From: an uncultured Ignavibacteriaceae bacterium
GTDB lineage: Bacteria; Bacteroidota; Ignavibacteria; Ch128b
Length of the DNA stretch: 64,000 nt
Assembly (NCBI GenBank): GCA_964527925.1
Contig: CAZGQO010000006.1
Span: 88,983-152,982 of the forward strand
Direction: 5' to 3'
Positions 1 to 9,486 of the stretch are shown here, piece after piece. The notes below the pieces were generated by a model. The model was not told where the DNA came from. It did no database searches and saw only the letters and a list, made by a program, of their open reading frames with translations. The translations under genes were made by a program, and so were the position numbers. Position 1 is the first letter of the stretch. Every line of letters begins with the position of its first letter.

Positions 1-1
1 T

Positions 2-676
2 TGGTCTTGGTGGTTATGGGGATTTGAAATAAGCACAGCAAGTTTGCTCGGTTCAGTTTTCAACAAAACAGAAAATTTTGCATCGATTGGATTGAAAGTA
101 AAGGTATTAAGCGAAACTAATGAACTGCCTGCTATTGCTTTCACACTAAAAACAAATAACGACTGGTACAGATCTGACAATCCCGATTTAAATGAAAAAT
201 TACCCGAAGTTGCCGGTTATGGTTTAAGAAGTATTTCCTATGATACTAAAATCACTCACTTGATTATTTCTCTTTCCAAAAAGACTTCTGAAATAAGCAG
301 AATGCATGTTGCATTTGGTTTAGGTGATTTGAGAAATAAAAATGTGAAGTCCTACTTTTTCGATTCTTTCTTTATTGATGAAAGTACAAAAATGAAAAAC
401 ACTTTTTATGGTGCATTTGGTTTTGAAGTTGATTTAAGCGAATCAACAAAATTAATATTTGAAGGTCAAACAATTCCGTATTTCAAAATAAATGGGAAGA
501 CAGGTTTAATTTCACCTGATTTAAGAAAAGTCTTCGCTGGTGGATTAAGAGTTGTTGTTGCTCATTGGTTGTTACTCGATGGTGGTTTTCGTTACCAGGA
601 TAATTATAGAGGATTAGCTGATACAGAAGTTAAAATCAGTTTGCAGGCTTTCATTAATGTCGAAAAAGGTGAATAA
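2..676 (+). CDS. Hypothetical protein, 5'-truncated by the window edge. The reading frame is open back to nt 2, and the first in-frame ATG/TTG in the ORF track is at 44.
   Basis: The ORF-track frame has no stop upstream to position 2. No recognisable family signature; the predicted beta-rich C-terminus would fit an outer-membrane or secreted protein. Confidence 0.4.
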   Translation, partial: WSWWLWGFEISTASLLGSVFNKTENFASIGLKVKVLSETNELPAIAFTLKTNNDWYRSDNPDLNEKLPEVAGYGLRSISYDTKITHLIISLSKKTSEISRMHVAFGLGDLRNKNVKSYFFDSFFIDESTKMKNTFYGAFGFEVDLSESTKLIFEGQTIPYFKINGKTGLISPDLRKVFAGGLRVVVAHWLLLDGGFRYQDNYRGLADTEVKISLQAFINVEKGE

Positions 677-736
677 AAAGTTCTGTTGAGTCTTTAAAAA
701 GTTCATTTAAATTTTTCAAGAGTAATAAAAAATATT

Positions 737-1075
737 AATGTCATTCTGATCGAAATGGAATTGATTAAAGAATCCAGAAGATGCTTCACACTGTTTCCTG
801 ATGATCGGGATTTCCAAAAGGATGACAATGGGGGATCCTTCCGTCGTTTCATTTCTTGAGGATGACAAAGAATAACCATGTCATTCTGAATGAAGTGCCA
901 GCGGAATGAAGAATCTAAATAGATGCTTCTCTTGATTTTCTGATAATCGGGATTTTCAACAGCATCACAGTTTTTAGTTCCTTCGCATTCGCTCAGGATG
1001 ACAAACATGTAATATCTTTCTGTGGGGATTGGAATGGTGCTAAGAAACTAATCTGTCATTCTTAGCGGACTAAAA
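737..1075. repeat. Tandem MITE-like repeats. Two full copies of about 135 bp (737-872 and 876-1012) and a 5' fragment (1052-1075). Each copy is bounded by an imperfect 11-bp terminal inverted repeat, TGTCATTCTGA ... T(C/G)AGGATGACAA.
   Basis: Read directly from the sequence. Shared blocks between copies: 'tgtcattctga', 'gaatg(g/a)a', 'agatgcttc', 'ctgat(g/a)atcgggattt(c/t)caa' and 'aggatgacaa'. The reverse complement of 'tcaggatgaca' is 'tgtcatcctga', one mismatch from the left end. Confidence 0.6.
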
Positions 1076-1163
1076 TGGAGCAAAGAATTTAGAAGCAGTT
1101 ATTCAAGAATATGAGTAAAAAAATCACACTGCCTGTTCAATTATAAAATCAACATTATCTCAA

Positions 1164-2858
1164 TCATGCAGATGACTTAATAACTTTACCAGGCATTGCA
1201 CCTGTATGTTCATAATTCGAAATTACAATTTCGCCATTCACAATCACATAAGGTATTCCATCAGGATACTGGTGAGGATTTACAAATGTTGCTTTATCCT
1301 GAATTTTGTCATGATCAAAAATCACAATATCTGCCATTGCATTCTTCATAATTCTTCCTCGATCACTTAAACCAAGTTTTTCTGCTGGCATTAAAGTCAT
1401 CTTTCTAATCATTTCTTCAAGAGAGCAAATTTTTCGTTCACGAACATATTTGGCAATTGCTCGAGGAAATGTTCCATAAGCGCGTGGATGTGCAATTTCT
1501 CTATTCATTGGTGGATATGGTGCATGACTTCCTGCATCAGATGAAATCATTACCCGCGGATGAGCTAAAATCTTTTCAGTCGATTTTTCTTCCATACCAA
1601 ATCCCATCATCATAACCTGATTTTCTGCATCAAGCAAAACCTTAATTGAAGTTTCAAAACCATCCAATCCAAGTTCTTCACTTAATTGTTGAATGGTTTT
1701 TCCCTGATAATTTTTGAATTCTTCATTGCCAATACTCGAAATAAGAACACCGTTCCAATCACCATCAAGATTAGAAACTTTTTTCTCTACATAATCTCGA
1801 AGTTGATTACGCAATTCTTTGTTTCTCAATCTTTGTAAAAATTTTTCGTTACCGCCATCACGCGACCACAATGGAAACAATGAAGATAAATTTGTGTGAT
1901 ATGCAACATAAGTATATCTATCTGCGTGAACATCAAGTCCCATATCAATTGCTTTATCAATTTTTTCAATTACCTGATCAACTTTATTCCAGTTACTCTT
2001 GCCCGAAACTTTTAGATGTGAAATTTGGAGCCGTGCACCTGAATCCATTGCAATCTTAATTGCTTCATCAATTGCTTCTAAAACAAAATTGTCTTCATTA
2101 CGCATATGTGTTGCATAGATTCTAAATCTTTCTGGCGCAGCTTTAACCAATTCAATTAATTCATCTGTCGAAGCAAATGAACCTGGAGTGTATTCTAATC
2201 CAGTTGAGACCCCAATTGCACCTTCTTCGATTGCTTTAATAACTTCTTCCTGCATTTGTCGAATTTCTTCTGGAACTGCGGGTCTATCATCAAGTCCTAC
2301 AACATACTCTCTTATTGTTCCGAGTCCAACCATAGTTGCGATATTTACAGAGAATTTTCTTGATGAAAAATCATTCAGAAAATCACCTATTGTTTTCCAT
2401 TTCAACTCTTCGCCATATTGTTCAAAAAAATTTTTTCTTGTCAAATCAAGTTCAGGTCCACCAAGAGGTCCCCATGAAAATCCATCCTGACCTGTTATTT
2501 CAGTTGTTACTCCCTGACGAATTTTGCTTTCTGCTCGTGGATTAATAATTAAATCAGCATCTGTGTGTGAATGAATATCAATAAATCCAGGAACAACTTT
2601 CAATCCTTTTGCATCGATTGTACAAATTGCATCATCAGTAATTTTTCCAATCAGAACAATCCTGCCATCTTTGATTCCTACATCGGCAATAAATTCTTTT
2701 TTGCCTGTTCCATCGATAACCGAACCATTCTTTATCAAAACATCCAGTCTTCTGTCTTTCAAAGAAAATCTGTTCAGGAAGGTTGATGAACTTAAAATGA
2801 GTCCACTACTTATAATTGCCGATGACTCGATGAATTTTCGACGAGAGATTTTTTTCAT
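1164..2858 (-). CDS. Amidohydrolase of the N-acyl-D-amino-acid deacylase (D-aminoacylase) family, with a twin-arginine (Tat) signal peptide.
   Basis: N-terminal 'SRRKFIESSAII' Tat motif. Metal-binding 'GFIDIHSHTD' motif plus an overall D-aminoacylase-like architecture (564 aa). Confidence 0.75.
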   Translation of the reverse strand: MKKISRRKFIESSAIISSGLILSSSTFLNRFSLKDRRLDVLIKNGSVIDGTGKKEFIADVGIKDGRIVLIGKITDDAICTIDAKGLKVVPGFIDIHSHTDADLIINPRAESKIRQGVTTEITGQDGFSWGPLGGPELDLTRKNFFEQYGEELKWKTIGDFLNDFSSRKFSVNIATMVGLGTIREYVVGLDDRPAVPEEIRQMQEEVIKAIEEGAIGVSTGLEYTPGSFASTDELIELVKAAPERFRIYATHMRNEDNFVLEAIDEAIKIAMDSGARLQISHLKVSGKSNWNKVDQVIEKIDKAIDMGLDVHADRYTYVAYHTNLSSLFPLWSRDGGNEKFLQRLRNKELRNQLRDYVEKKVSNLDGDWNGVLISSIGNEEFKNYQGKTIQQLSEELGLDGFETSIKVLLDAENQVMMMGFGMEEKSTEKILAHPRVMISSDAGSHAPYPPMNREIAHPRAYGTFPRAIAKYVRERKICSLEEMIRKMTLMPAEKLGLSDRGRIMKNAMADIVIFDHDKIQDKATFVNPHQYPDGIPYVIVNGEIVISNYEHTGAMPGKVIKSSA

Positions 2859-2897
2859 CTTACACCCTCGCTTATTAATTAAAGATAGATGAACTTA

Positions 2898-4367
2898 TTA
2901 TCTCAAGTAAATCATTTTTCTTGTTTCAACAAATTGATCTTTATTTTTTTGAAAATCAACATAGCGCAGTTGATAGAAATAAAGTCCGCTTGACAAGTTA
3001 TTTGAATTAAAAGTCACTTCATAAATTCCAGGCTGCTTTAATTCATTCATTACAGTTTGAATTTCTTTTCCAAGACTATCATAAATTTTTAAGTTCACAA
3101 AACCAATTTCATTAAGTTCAAATCGAATCTTTGAAGAACTATTGAAAGGATTGGGATAATTTTGATAGAGTTTAATTTTTTGTGGAATTAATTCTCCTTT
3201 ATATTCTTTGATATTCAGTGGTTGTTTTGGAAAAAAGAATTTCAAAAAATTGTCAATGTGAGCACGCCAGTTTCCCCAGCTGTGTCCTTCATGAAATTCA
3301 TAATAAAGCAAATCATATCCTTTTGATTGAAGAATGGATTTTAAGTTTCTAACCAGAGGAATTAAGACAGCAATGTCATATGTACCAATATCAAGATAAA
3401 CTTTCAGATTCAATTTCGGTACGTTTTGAAAACCATTTGATATTTCAGAAATAACATTACTCGATTGAGCCGCTACATTTTCAAAAACTTCGGGATGCTT
3501 TAACGCAAGCCACAATGAAATATTTCCACCATTTGATGCACCAGCAACAGCACAATTTTCTGGACCACTTTTAATTCGATAACGATTTTTTATATAAGGC
3601 ATTAACTCATTCACAATGAAATTTGTAAATGCATTCATTTGATTACCTGCGTATTCAGGTGTTCGATTTACAGGCGGGACAAAAACTGCGATAACTGGTT
3701 GAATTTGATTGTTCGCAATTAAGTAATCTAAAACATTATGCATTGATGCAAGTGAAACATATTCTAATCCATCGTGAACCAAAATCATCGGAAAACTATC
3801 ACTTGAAGTTTCATAACCAGGGGGCGTATAAACTCGAATTGTTCTTGAATTGTTCAAATTAGAACTGAAGAATACTGTATCTCTTAAAGTACCGTGAGGA
3901 ATATCTGGATAATATTTAATCTCAACTGGCTGAATATAATCTGGCATTGCAAGTTCTGAGTTTGGACCAAAGCCACTAGGACAGGTTTTTGGATTGTTAG
4001 GATCTAAGATCCAGTTGCCATCAATAACAAATTTATAATCAAGTCGAGCATCTCTTTCATAAATTCTCGTTGCATAAAAGAAATTTGTATTTGAAACTCG
4101 AATTAGTTTGTCTCGTGAAGTAGACCAGCCATTCATATCTCCAGCGAGATAAACATTTGTTCCATTGCCTCGATAGATAAAATTAGCAGCTGTATCTTCG
4201 ATGTATGGTATCCCTTGTGCCTTTGCTACTATCATAAACGAATCAATCATTTTCATTCTCACCGAATCATTTGGTGCTGAATTGAGCTGCTGAATAAAAT
4301 TTTGAAAATTGGATTGAGCTTTGACAATTGAACTAAATATCAGAAAAAGAAAAATTAACCTCTTCAT
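2898..4367 (-). CDS. Secreted esterase: a CBM48/E-set-like N-terminal domain, a putative esterase (alpha/beta hydrolase, enterochelin/xylan-esterase-like) domain, and a T9SS C-terminal sorting domain.
   Basis: Signal peptide. 'AVAGASNGGNISL' serine motif (GxSxG-like). C-terminal 'YPNPFNSSSKIRFEL...KIYDSLGKEI...SSGLYFYQL' Por secretion tail. Confidence 0.65.
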   Translation of the reverse strand: MKRLIFLFLIFSSIVKAQSNFQNFIQQLNSAPNDSVRMKMIDSFMIVAKAQGIPYIEDTAANFIYRGNGTNVYLAGDMNGWSTSRDKLIRVSNTNFFYATRIYERDARLDYKFVIDGNWILDPNNPKTCPSGFGPNSELAMPDYIQPVEIKYYPDIPHGTLRDTVFFSSNLNNSRTIRVYTPPGYETSSDSFPMILVHDGLEYVSLASMHNVLDYLIANNQIQPVIAVFVPPVNRTPEYAGNQMNAFTNFIVNELMPYIKNRYRIKSGPENCAVAGASNGGNISLWLALKHPEVFENVAAQSSNVISEISNGFQNVPKLNLKVYLDIGTYDIAVLIPLVRNLKSILQSKGYDLLYYEFHEGHSWGNWRAHIDNFLKFFFPKQPLNIKEYKGELIPQKIKLYQNYPNPFNSSSKIRFELNEIGFVNLKIYDSLGKEIQTVMNELKQPGIYEVTFNSNNLSSGLYFYQLRYVDFQKNKDQFVETRKMIYLR

Positions 4368-4385
4368 TTTAATCCTCGAGTTATT

Positions 4386-5762
4386 TTAAATTCCGAGTTC
4401 ACTAATTAACAGCGAAAGAATTGTTAATGCAGCACTTCCCAGTTCAAACTCTCTCGGATGAACAGTATCAAAAGTGTCATTATCTGAATGATGAACATCC
4501 ATATATCTTTGAGAATCTGGAACATAACCAAAAAGGGCCTTCGAATTTTTTATTTTAGAAACATCAACACCGCTTCCACCTTTTCTTATCCAATCAATTT
4601 TTGAATTATTAAGATATGGGAGAAATGATTGTAAATAATTAAGTGTTGATGAATCTGTATCAGCATAAAAACCCCTCGGCGTAAAAGCGCCTCTATCTGC
4701 TTCAATTGCAGCTACATGTTTTTGATTTGAATTCTCAGCAAATTTTCCGTATTCAATTGCACCTCTTGAACCATTCTCTTCGTTTATGAATAATACACAT
4801 CGAATTGTTCTCTTTGGTTTGATATTCAATCTCTTCAAAATATCCAGAACTTCCATTGATTGAACACAACCAGCACCATCATCATGGGCACCGCAACCTT
4901 TATCCCACGAATCAAAATGACCACCAACAACAATCACTTCATCAGGAAATTCACTTCCTCTAATTTCTCCAACAACATTGTATGATAGAACATCTGGAAA
5001 ATTTTTGCAGGATAATTTTAGTTTGATTTCAAGTTCTGGTTCTTCTTTCACTGCTGCGGATAAGAAATCAGCATCTTTATAGCCAATTGCTATTGATGGA
5101 ATCTTCGGAAGAGTATCAACATACATCATTACACCAGTGTGAGGTACATTATCGTGTTTAGTTGTGATTGAACGCACAATCACTCCAATTGCGCCAAATT
5201 TTGCTGCTTCTATTGCACCATAAATTCTTTGGTCGACTGCTTTTCCATAGCCAGTGAAAGGTTCAACTTCGCCATAATCAAGTGGACGATTAAAAAAGAC
5301 AAATTTCCCTTTTACTTTGTCAGAAATAGTTTTCAATTCATCAAAGTTATTCACAACAACAATTTTTCCTGTAATTCCATTTTCTGAAGTTCCAACACTT
5401 CCGCCAAATGCAGTGATTGCTAATTCTTTGCCAGCATATTTTTTCGATTTTACGATCGAAGCTTTTTCAAGATTTCCCCGTTCCCACTTTGGAACCATAA
5501 CAGGTTGAAGCCATACAGAATCGATACCAATTTCTTCTAATTTATGCTTAGCCCAATAAATTGCTTTCATCGAATTTTCAGACCCGGAAAGTCTTGGACC
5601 AATTTTGCATAATTCTTCGAGCCATTGGTAGCCTTTTTGTTCAACAAGAGCTGAACGGACAATTTTCTTACTTAAATCAAATAATCTCTCATCAATTTTT
5701 TGAGAGAAAGACGAATTAAAGAAAAAAATAATAAGGGCTGTCAGATAAAAAAGAGATCGCAT
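4386..5762 (-). CDS. M28-family zinc aminopeptidase with a PA domain. The start is placed at the internal Met (MRSLFYL...) rather than at the ORF-track start at 5888.
   Basis: 'GGHFDSWDKGCGAHDDGAGC' M28 zinc-ligand motif. A signal peptide begins at MRS. The sequence GGAGAAG lies 8 nt upstream of the ATG at 5762. The ORF-track extension to 5888 would overlap the next gene. Confidence 0.75.
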   Translation of the reverse strand: MRSLFYLTALIIFFFNSSFSQKIDERLFDLSKKIVRSALVEQKGYQWLEELCKIGPRLSGSENSMKAIYWAKHKLEEIGIDSVWLQPVMVPKWERGNLEKASIVKSKKYAGKELAITAFGGSVGTSENGITGKIVVVNNFDELKTISDKVKGKFVFFNRPLDYGEVEPFTGYGKAVDQRIYGAIEAAKFGAIGVIVRSITTKHDNVPHTGVMMYVDTLPKIPSIAIGYKDADFLSAAVKEEPELEIKLKLSCKNFPDVLSYNVVGEIRGSEFPDEVIVVGGHFDSWDKGCGAHDDGAGCVQSMEVLDILKRLNIKPKRTIRCVLFINEENGSRGAIEYGKFAENSNQKHVAAIEADRGAFTPRGFYADTDSSTLNYLQSFLPYLNNSKIDWIRKGGSGVDVSKIKNSKALFGYVPDSQRYMDVHHSDNDTFDTVHPREFELGSAALTILSLLISELGI

Positions 5763-5790
5763 ATACTTCTCCTTAAAAAATAAGGGAAAA

Positions 5791-6174
5791 TTAAAAGAGT
5801 AATTCTTCTTCCTCTTTTTCTTTTTTGGTTGGCTTGAATCTATAGTAAGGTTGAATTTCAGATCCAATGTATTTAATTGCTGCAGCAATCACACCAAGAT
5901 CATCAAGATAGCCTACAAGTGGTGCTAAATCAGGAACGGTATCAATCGGTGAGATAAAATACAAGAGAGCAGAAACAACAATTAATTTTCTATACCACTT
6001 AACTGAGTCATCCTTTAAATATTTGTAAAGAGCAATTACATCTTCCAGAAATGAAATTCTTTTTTCAGCTTTTTTTAGTTTTTTGGGAAATTGTTCATCG
6101 ATATACTCTACTTTTTCTTGAAATTTCTTTTCATCTTCTGGAGTAATAAGAATTTCCTTTGGAAGATTTTCCAT
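5791..6174 (-). CDS. DUF1232 (YkvA-like) small membrane protein.
   Basis: 'LLYFISPIDTVPDLAPLVGYLDDLGV' is the DUF1232 signature. 127 aa. Confidence 0.6.
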   Translation of the reverse strand: MENLPKEILITPEDEKKFQEKVEYIDEQFPKKLKKAEKRISFLEDVIALYKYLKDDSVKWYRKLIVVSALLYFISPIDTVPDLAPLVGYLDDLGVIAAAIKYIGSEIQPYYRFKPTKKEKEEEELLF

Positions 6175-6474
6175 CTCTAATCTCTTATTTGATTCTTCTC
6201 AAAATTAATGAAAATAAATTAGTCATTCCAAAATGAATTGCAGGATTATTTGGAAAATAAATTTAGTGTAATAGAGGAATTGATGAAAATAACTAGCTTA
6301 GAATTAAGCCACAAATTGTTGAAGTACAAATTAATTTCAGACTTTATTAAACTTTTTTGCCAAATCTAAAATAGTTTAATCATTTAGTTAATCTTTAGTG
6401 AGGTTTTAAGTTCAATAAGTATTTGATAGATAATCCCTAAAGAATATTTTTTTATTTAAACCTCTTGATTAATG

Positions 6475-6489
6475 TGACAATTTTTGTCA
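6475..6489. promoter_or_regulatory. Perfect palindrome TGACAA-ttt-TTGTCA about 30 bp upstream of the Rrf2 gene. Candidate operator for autoregulation.
   Basis: Inverted repeat read directly from the sequence. Position relative to the Rrf2-cydAB operon start. Confidence 0.3.
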
Positions 6490-6517
6490 TATTAGTAAAG
6501 TAAAATTCATTTGATTT

Positions 6518-6949
6518 ATGCAGCTAACTCTTGCTGGTGAATATGCAATTCGAACAATGATTCACCTCGCTGAAAACGAGGAAAAAGGAATAATTAAAAT
6601 CACCGAAATTGCAATCGAACAGAACATTCCAGAAAACTTCCTTCGGAAAATAATTCCAAAGCTTGCCAGTGCGGGATTAATCAAAACGACAAAAGGCTAC
6701 AACGGAGGAATAGCATTTGGTAAAGATTCAGATAAAATAACTCTACTGGAAATCACTCAAGCAGTGGAAGGCCCTCTTGCTCTTAATAAGTGTTTAATTG
6801 ATAAAGAATTTTGTTCAAATACAAGATGGTGTTCTGTTCATACACTCTGGTGTGATTTGCTTGTAGAAATGCGTCTAAAACTTGCAAGTAAATCAATAAA
6901 ACAACTTGCTATTGAATCAAAACAAAGAAGAGAAGCACTAAAAAAATAA
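6518..6949 (+). CDS. Rrf2-family transcriptional regulator (IscR/NsrR-like, with three conserved Cys).
   Basis: N-terminal 'MQLTLAGEYAIRTMIHLA' helix-turn-helix typical of Rrf2. The 'CSNTRWCSVHTLWC' Cys triad suggests Fe-S ligation. Confidence 0.8.
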   Translation: MQLTLAGEYAIRTMIHLAENEEKGIIKITEIAIEQNIPENFLRKIIPKLASAGLIKTTKGYNGGIAFGKDSDKITLLEITQAVEGPLALNKCLIDKEFCSNTRWCSVHTLWCDLLVEMRLKLASKSIKQLAIESKQRREALKK

Positions 6950-6971
6950 AAACAAATTATTGGGAGGTAAT

Positions 6972-8303
6972 ATGGACCCCTTACTTCTTGCCCGTCTTCA
7001 ATTCGCTCTAACGGTTGGTTTTCACTTCTTATTTCCACCACTTACAATTGGCTTAGCCTGGATGCTTGTAATTATTGAAGCCGTTGGGTGGAAAAAGAAA
7101 GACGAAGTTTATGCAAAGATTGGTAAGTTTTTTGGAAAAATTCTTGGACTGATTTTCGCTGTCGGTGTTGCAAGTGGTATTGTAATGGAGTTCCAGTTCG
7201 GTACTAATTGGTCGGAGTACTCAAAATTTGTTGGAGATGTTTTTGGTGCACCACTTGCCGCTGAAGGTGTGTTTGCTTTTTTCCTGGAATCAACTTTTCT
7301 GGGACTTTATATTTTTGGTCGTGAGAGAGTTTCGAAAGGAGTTCACTGGTTTTCAATTTTGATGGTTGCTGTCGGCTCCACAATTTCTGCATTCTGGATT
7401 CTTGTTGCAAATTCCTGGCAGCAAACTCCAGCTGGTTATATTATTCAAAACAACCGTGCTGAACTTGTTGATTTCTGGGCAGCAGTTTTCAATCCATCAA
7501 CTTTGCCAAGATTTTTCCACACATTTATTGCATCCTTGATTAGTGGTTCTTTCTTAATCACTGGTGTTGCAGCTTACTGGTTAATTAGAAACAAGAATTT
7601 AGAAATTGCAAAAAGGTCAATCAGTTTTTCTCTTGTTTTTGGTTTAATTGTCTCCTTACTCGAGTTATTTCCATTCGGCCATGAGCATGCAAAACAAGTT
7701 GCAAAAACTCAACCAGAAAAGTTTGCAGCAATTCAAGGATTATATAAAACTCAAAACGGTGCACCGCTTGCAATTTTTGCAATACCCGGGGCAAAACCGC
7801 CAAAACTTCATTTCCCTGTTGAAATTCCTGGTTTACTCAGCTGGTTAGCTTTTGGTGATATTAGTGCAGAAATCAAAGGAATAAATGAATTTCCACCTGA
7901 TGAAATTCCACCTCTTTGGTTGACATTTGTGTCTTACCATAACATGGTGCTTCTTGGAATGTATTTCATCATCATTACTGCATTATCAAATTATTTTCTT
8001 TACAAGAAAAAACTATTCGAAAAGAAAAAATTATTGAAAGTTTTGATGTGGTCAACACCATTGCCATTAATTGCATGTCAGCTTGGCTGGATTGCAGCTG
8101 AGGTTGGAAGACAACCATGGATAGTTTACAAATTGATGAAGACTAAAGATGCTGTATCGATAACTGTTGGAACAGGTGAATTGTTGTTCTCTATTATAAT
8201 GTTTGTTTTGATTTACATCTTACTTAGTTCAATCTTTCTATCGTTACTTTTCAGATTTGTAAAGAAAGGTCCTGAAACACTTTTACAGGAGGCAACACAA
8301 TGA
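6972..8303 (+). CDS. cydA: Cytochrome bd ubiquinol oxidase subunit I.
   Basis: 'DPLLLARLQFALTVGFHFLFPPLTIGLA' N-terminus and Q-loop architecture. GGGAGG RBS before the ATG at 6972. Confidence 0.9.
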   Translation: MDPLLLARLQFALTVGFHFLFPPLTIGLAWMLVIIEAVGWKKKDEVYAKIGKFFGKILGLIFAVGVASGIVMEFQFGTNWSEYSKFVGDVFGAPLAAEGVFAFFLESTFLGLYIFGRERVSKGVHWFSILMVAVGSTISAFWILVANSWQQTPAGYIIQNNRAELVDFWAAVFNPSTLPRFFHTFIASLISGSFLITGVAAYWLIRNKNLEIAKRSISFSLVFGLIVSLLELFPFGHEHAKQVAKTQPEKFAAIQGLYKTQNGAPLAIFAIPGAKPPKLHFPVEIPGLLSWLAFGDISAEIKGINEFPPDEIPPLWLTFVSYHNMVLLGMYFIIITALSNYFLYKKKLFEKKKLLKVLMWSTPLPLIACQLGWIAAEVGRQPWIVYKLMKTKDAVSITVGTGELLFSIIMFVLIYILLSSIFLSLLFRFVKKGPETLLQEATQ

Positions 8304-9331
8304 TGGATCTCAACACAATCTGGTTTTTATTAATTGGAATTCTAATCATCGGTTATGCAATTCTCGATGGTTTTGATCTTGGTGTTGGAGTTATTCAACT
8401 TTTCACCAAAGACGAAAACGAAAGAAGAATTAAGATTAACTCAATTGGACCTGTATGGGATGGAAATGAGGTCTGGTTATTAACAGGCGGTGGTGCTTTG
8501 TTTGCAGCGTTTCCAATTGTTTATGCGACTGTATTCAGCGGATTTTATTTAGCGTTTATGTTGCTATTGTTGTTCTTAATTTTCAGAGCTGTTTCGTTTG
8601 AATTCAGAAAATTTTCTGAAACTCCTGAAGCAAAGAAAAGATGGGATTTAGCTTTTGCTCTTGGAAGCACAGTCCCTGCCTTGTTGTATGGCGTAGCGAT
8701 TGGAAATATTATGAAAGGACTGCCAATTGAAATAGTTGATGGAAAAATAGTTTCTCACATCACTTTCCTTGGATTGTTAAATCCTTACGCTCTTTTGATC
8801 GGATTAACTGGCTTCGCAATGTTTGTGATGCACGGGGCAATTTATCTAACACTAAAAACCGAAGGTTCACATCAGGAAAGAATGATTAAATGGGTAAATG
8901 GTTGGTGGATTACTTTTGTCTCACTTTATGTAATTTCAACAATAGCTACAATGTTTGTTGCGCCTTATCTTTTTCAGGGAATTATGAAAAATATTTTGTT
9001 CTGGTTATTGTTTATACTATTACTTGCATCGATTATATATATCCCGATTGGAATTAAAGTAAGAAAATTTGGATGGACATTTTTATCATCATCAGCATCG
9101 ATTGCATCAGTGATTGGATTATTTGCTCTCAGTTTGTATCCCCGACTTGTTCCATCAAACATCGATTTAGAAAAATTTAGTTTGACAATTTATAATGCGT
9201 CTTCTTCTGAATATACACTTAAAACAATGTTCATTATTGCGTTAATTGGTGTTCCAATAGTACTTGCTTATACAATTTATATTTATCGTGTATTCAAAGG
9301 GAAAGTAATTATCACCAAGGATAGTTATTAG
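8300..9331 (+). CDS. cydB: Cytochrome bd ubiquinol oxidase subunit II.
   Basis: ATGA overlap with cydA. Polytopic membrane protein beginning 'IWFLLIGILIIGYAILDGFDLGVG', typical of CydB. Confidence 0.85.
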   Translation: MMDLNTIWFLLIGILIIGYAILDGFDLGVGVIQLFTKDENERRIKINSIGPVWDGNEVWLLTGGGALFAAFPIVYATVFSGFYLAFMLLLLFLIFRAVSFEFRKFSETPEAKKRWDLAFALGSTVPALLYGVAIGNIMKGLPIEIVDGKIVSHITFLGLLNPYALLIGLTGFAMFVMHGAIYLTLKTEGSHQERMIKWVNGWWITFVSLYVISTIATMFVAPYLFQGIMKNILFWLLFILLLASIIYIPIGIKVRKFGWTFLSSSASIASVIGLFALSLYPRLVPSNIDLEKFSLTIYNASSSEYTLKTMFIIALIGVPIVLAYTIYIYRVFKGKVIITKDSY

Positions 9332-9486
9332 TAAAAATTGCAGGTTGAATAGGTAGAATTCCAAAAGGGTAAATTCTTCCTTCAACCTGCTTAATATCAT
9401 AACAAAATCGTTCGATGAATTTATGAAATAATAGTGAGAATGAATCATTGTGAATTTTATTTCATCTAACTAACAAAAAGGAGATA

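Noticed and set aside
703-1008. 101-aa minus-strand ORF
   Set aside because: It lies entirely within the tandem MITE-like repeats. It has no RBS or family signal, and its reading frame is an artefact of the repeat.
737-1075. CRISPR array
   Set aside because: The repeats are about 135 bp, with internal inverted termini and no regular spacer periodicity. No cas genes are nearby.
1871-2892. Several 60-100-aa plus-strand ORFs antisense to the amidohydrolase gene
   Set aside because: They are fully embedded antisense in a well-supported 564-aa gene. They are typical spurious ORFs in AT-rich DNA.
5763-5888. N-terminal extension of the M28 peptidase ORF (ORF-track start at 5888)
   Set aside because: The extension is a Lys-rich low-complexity region and overlaps the DUF1232 gene. 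A signal peptide and RBS support the internal Met at 5762.
9339-9389. Long imperfect hairpin after cydB as a terminator
   Set aside because: It has a 10-bp stem but a loop of about 30 nt and no downstream U-tract. It could be a regulatory or attenuator structure, but it is not a convincing intrinsic terminator.
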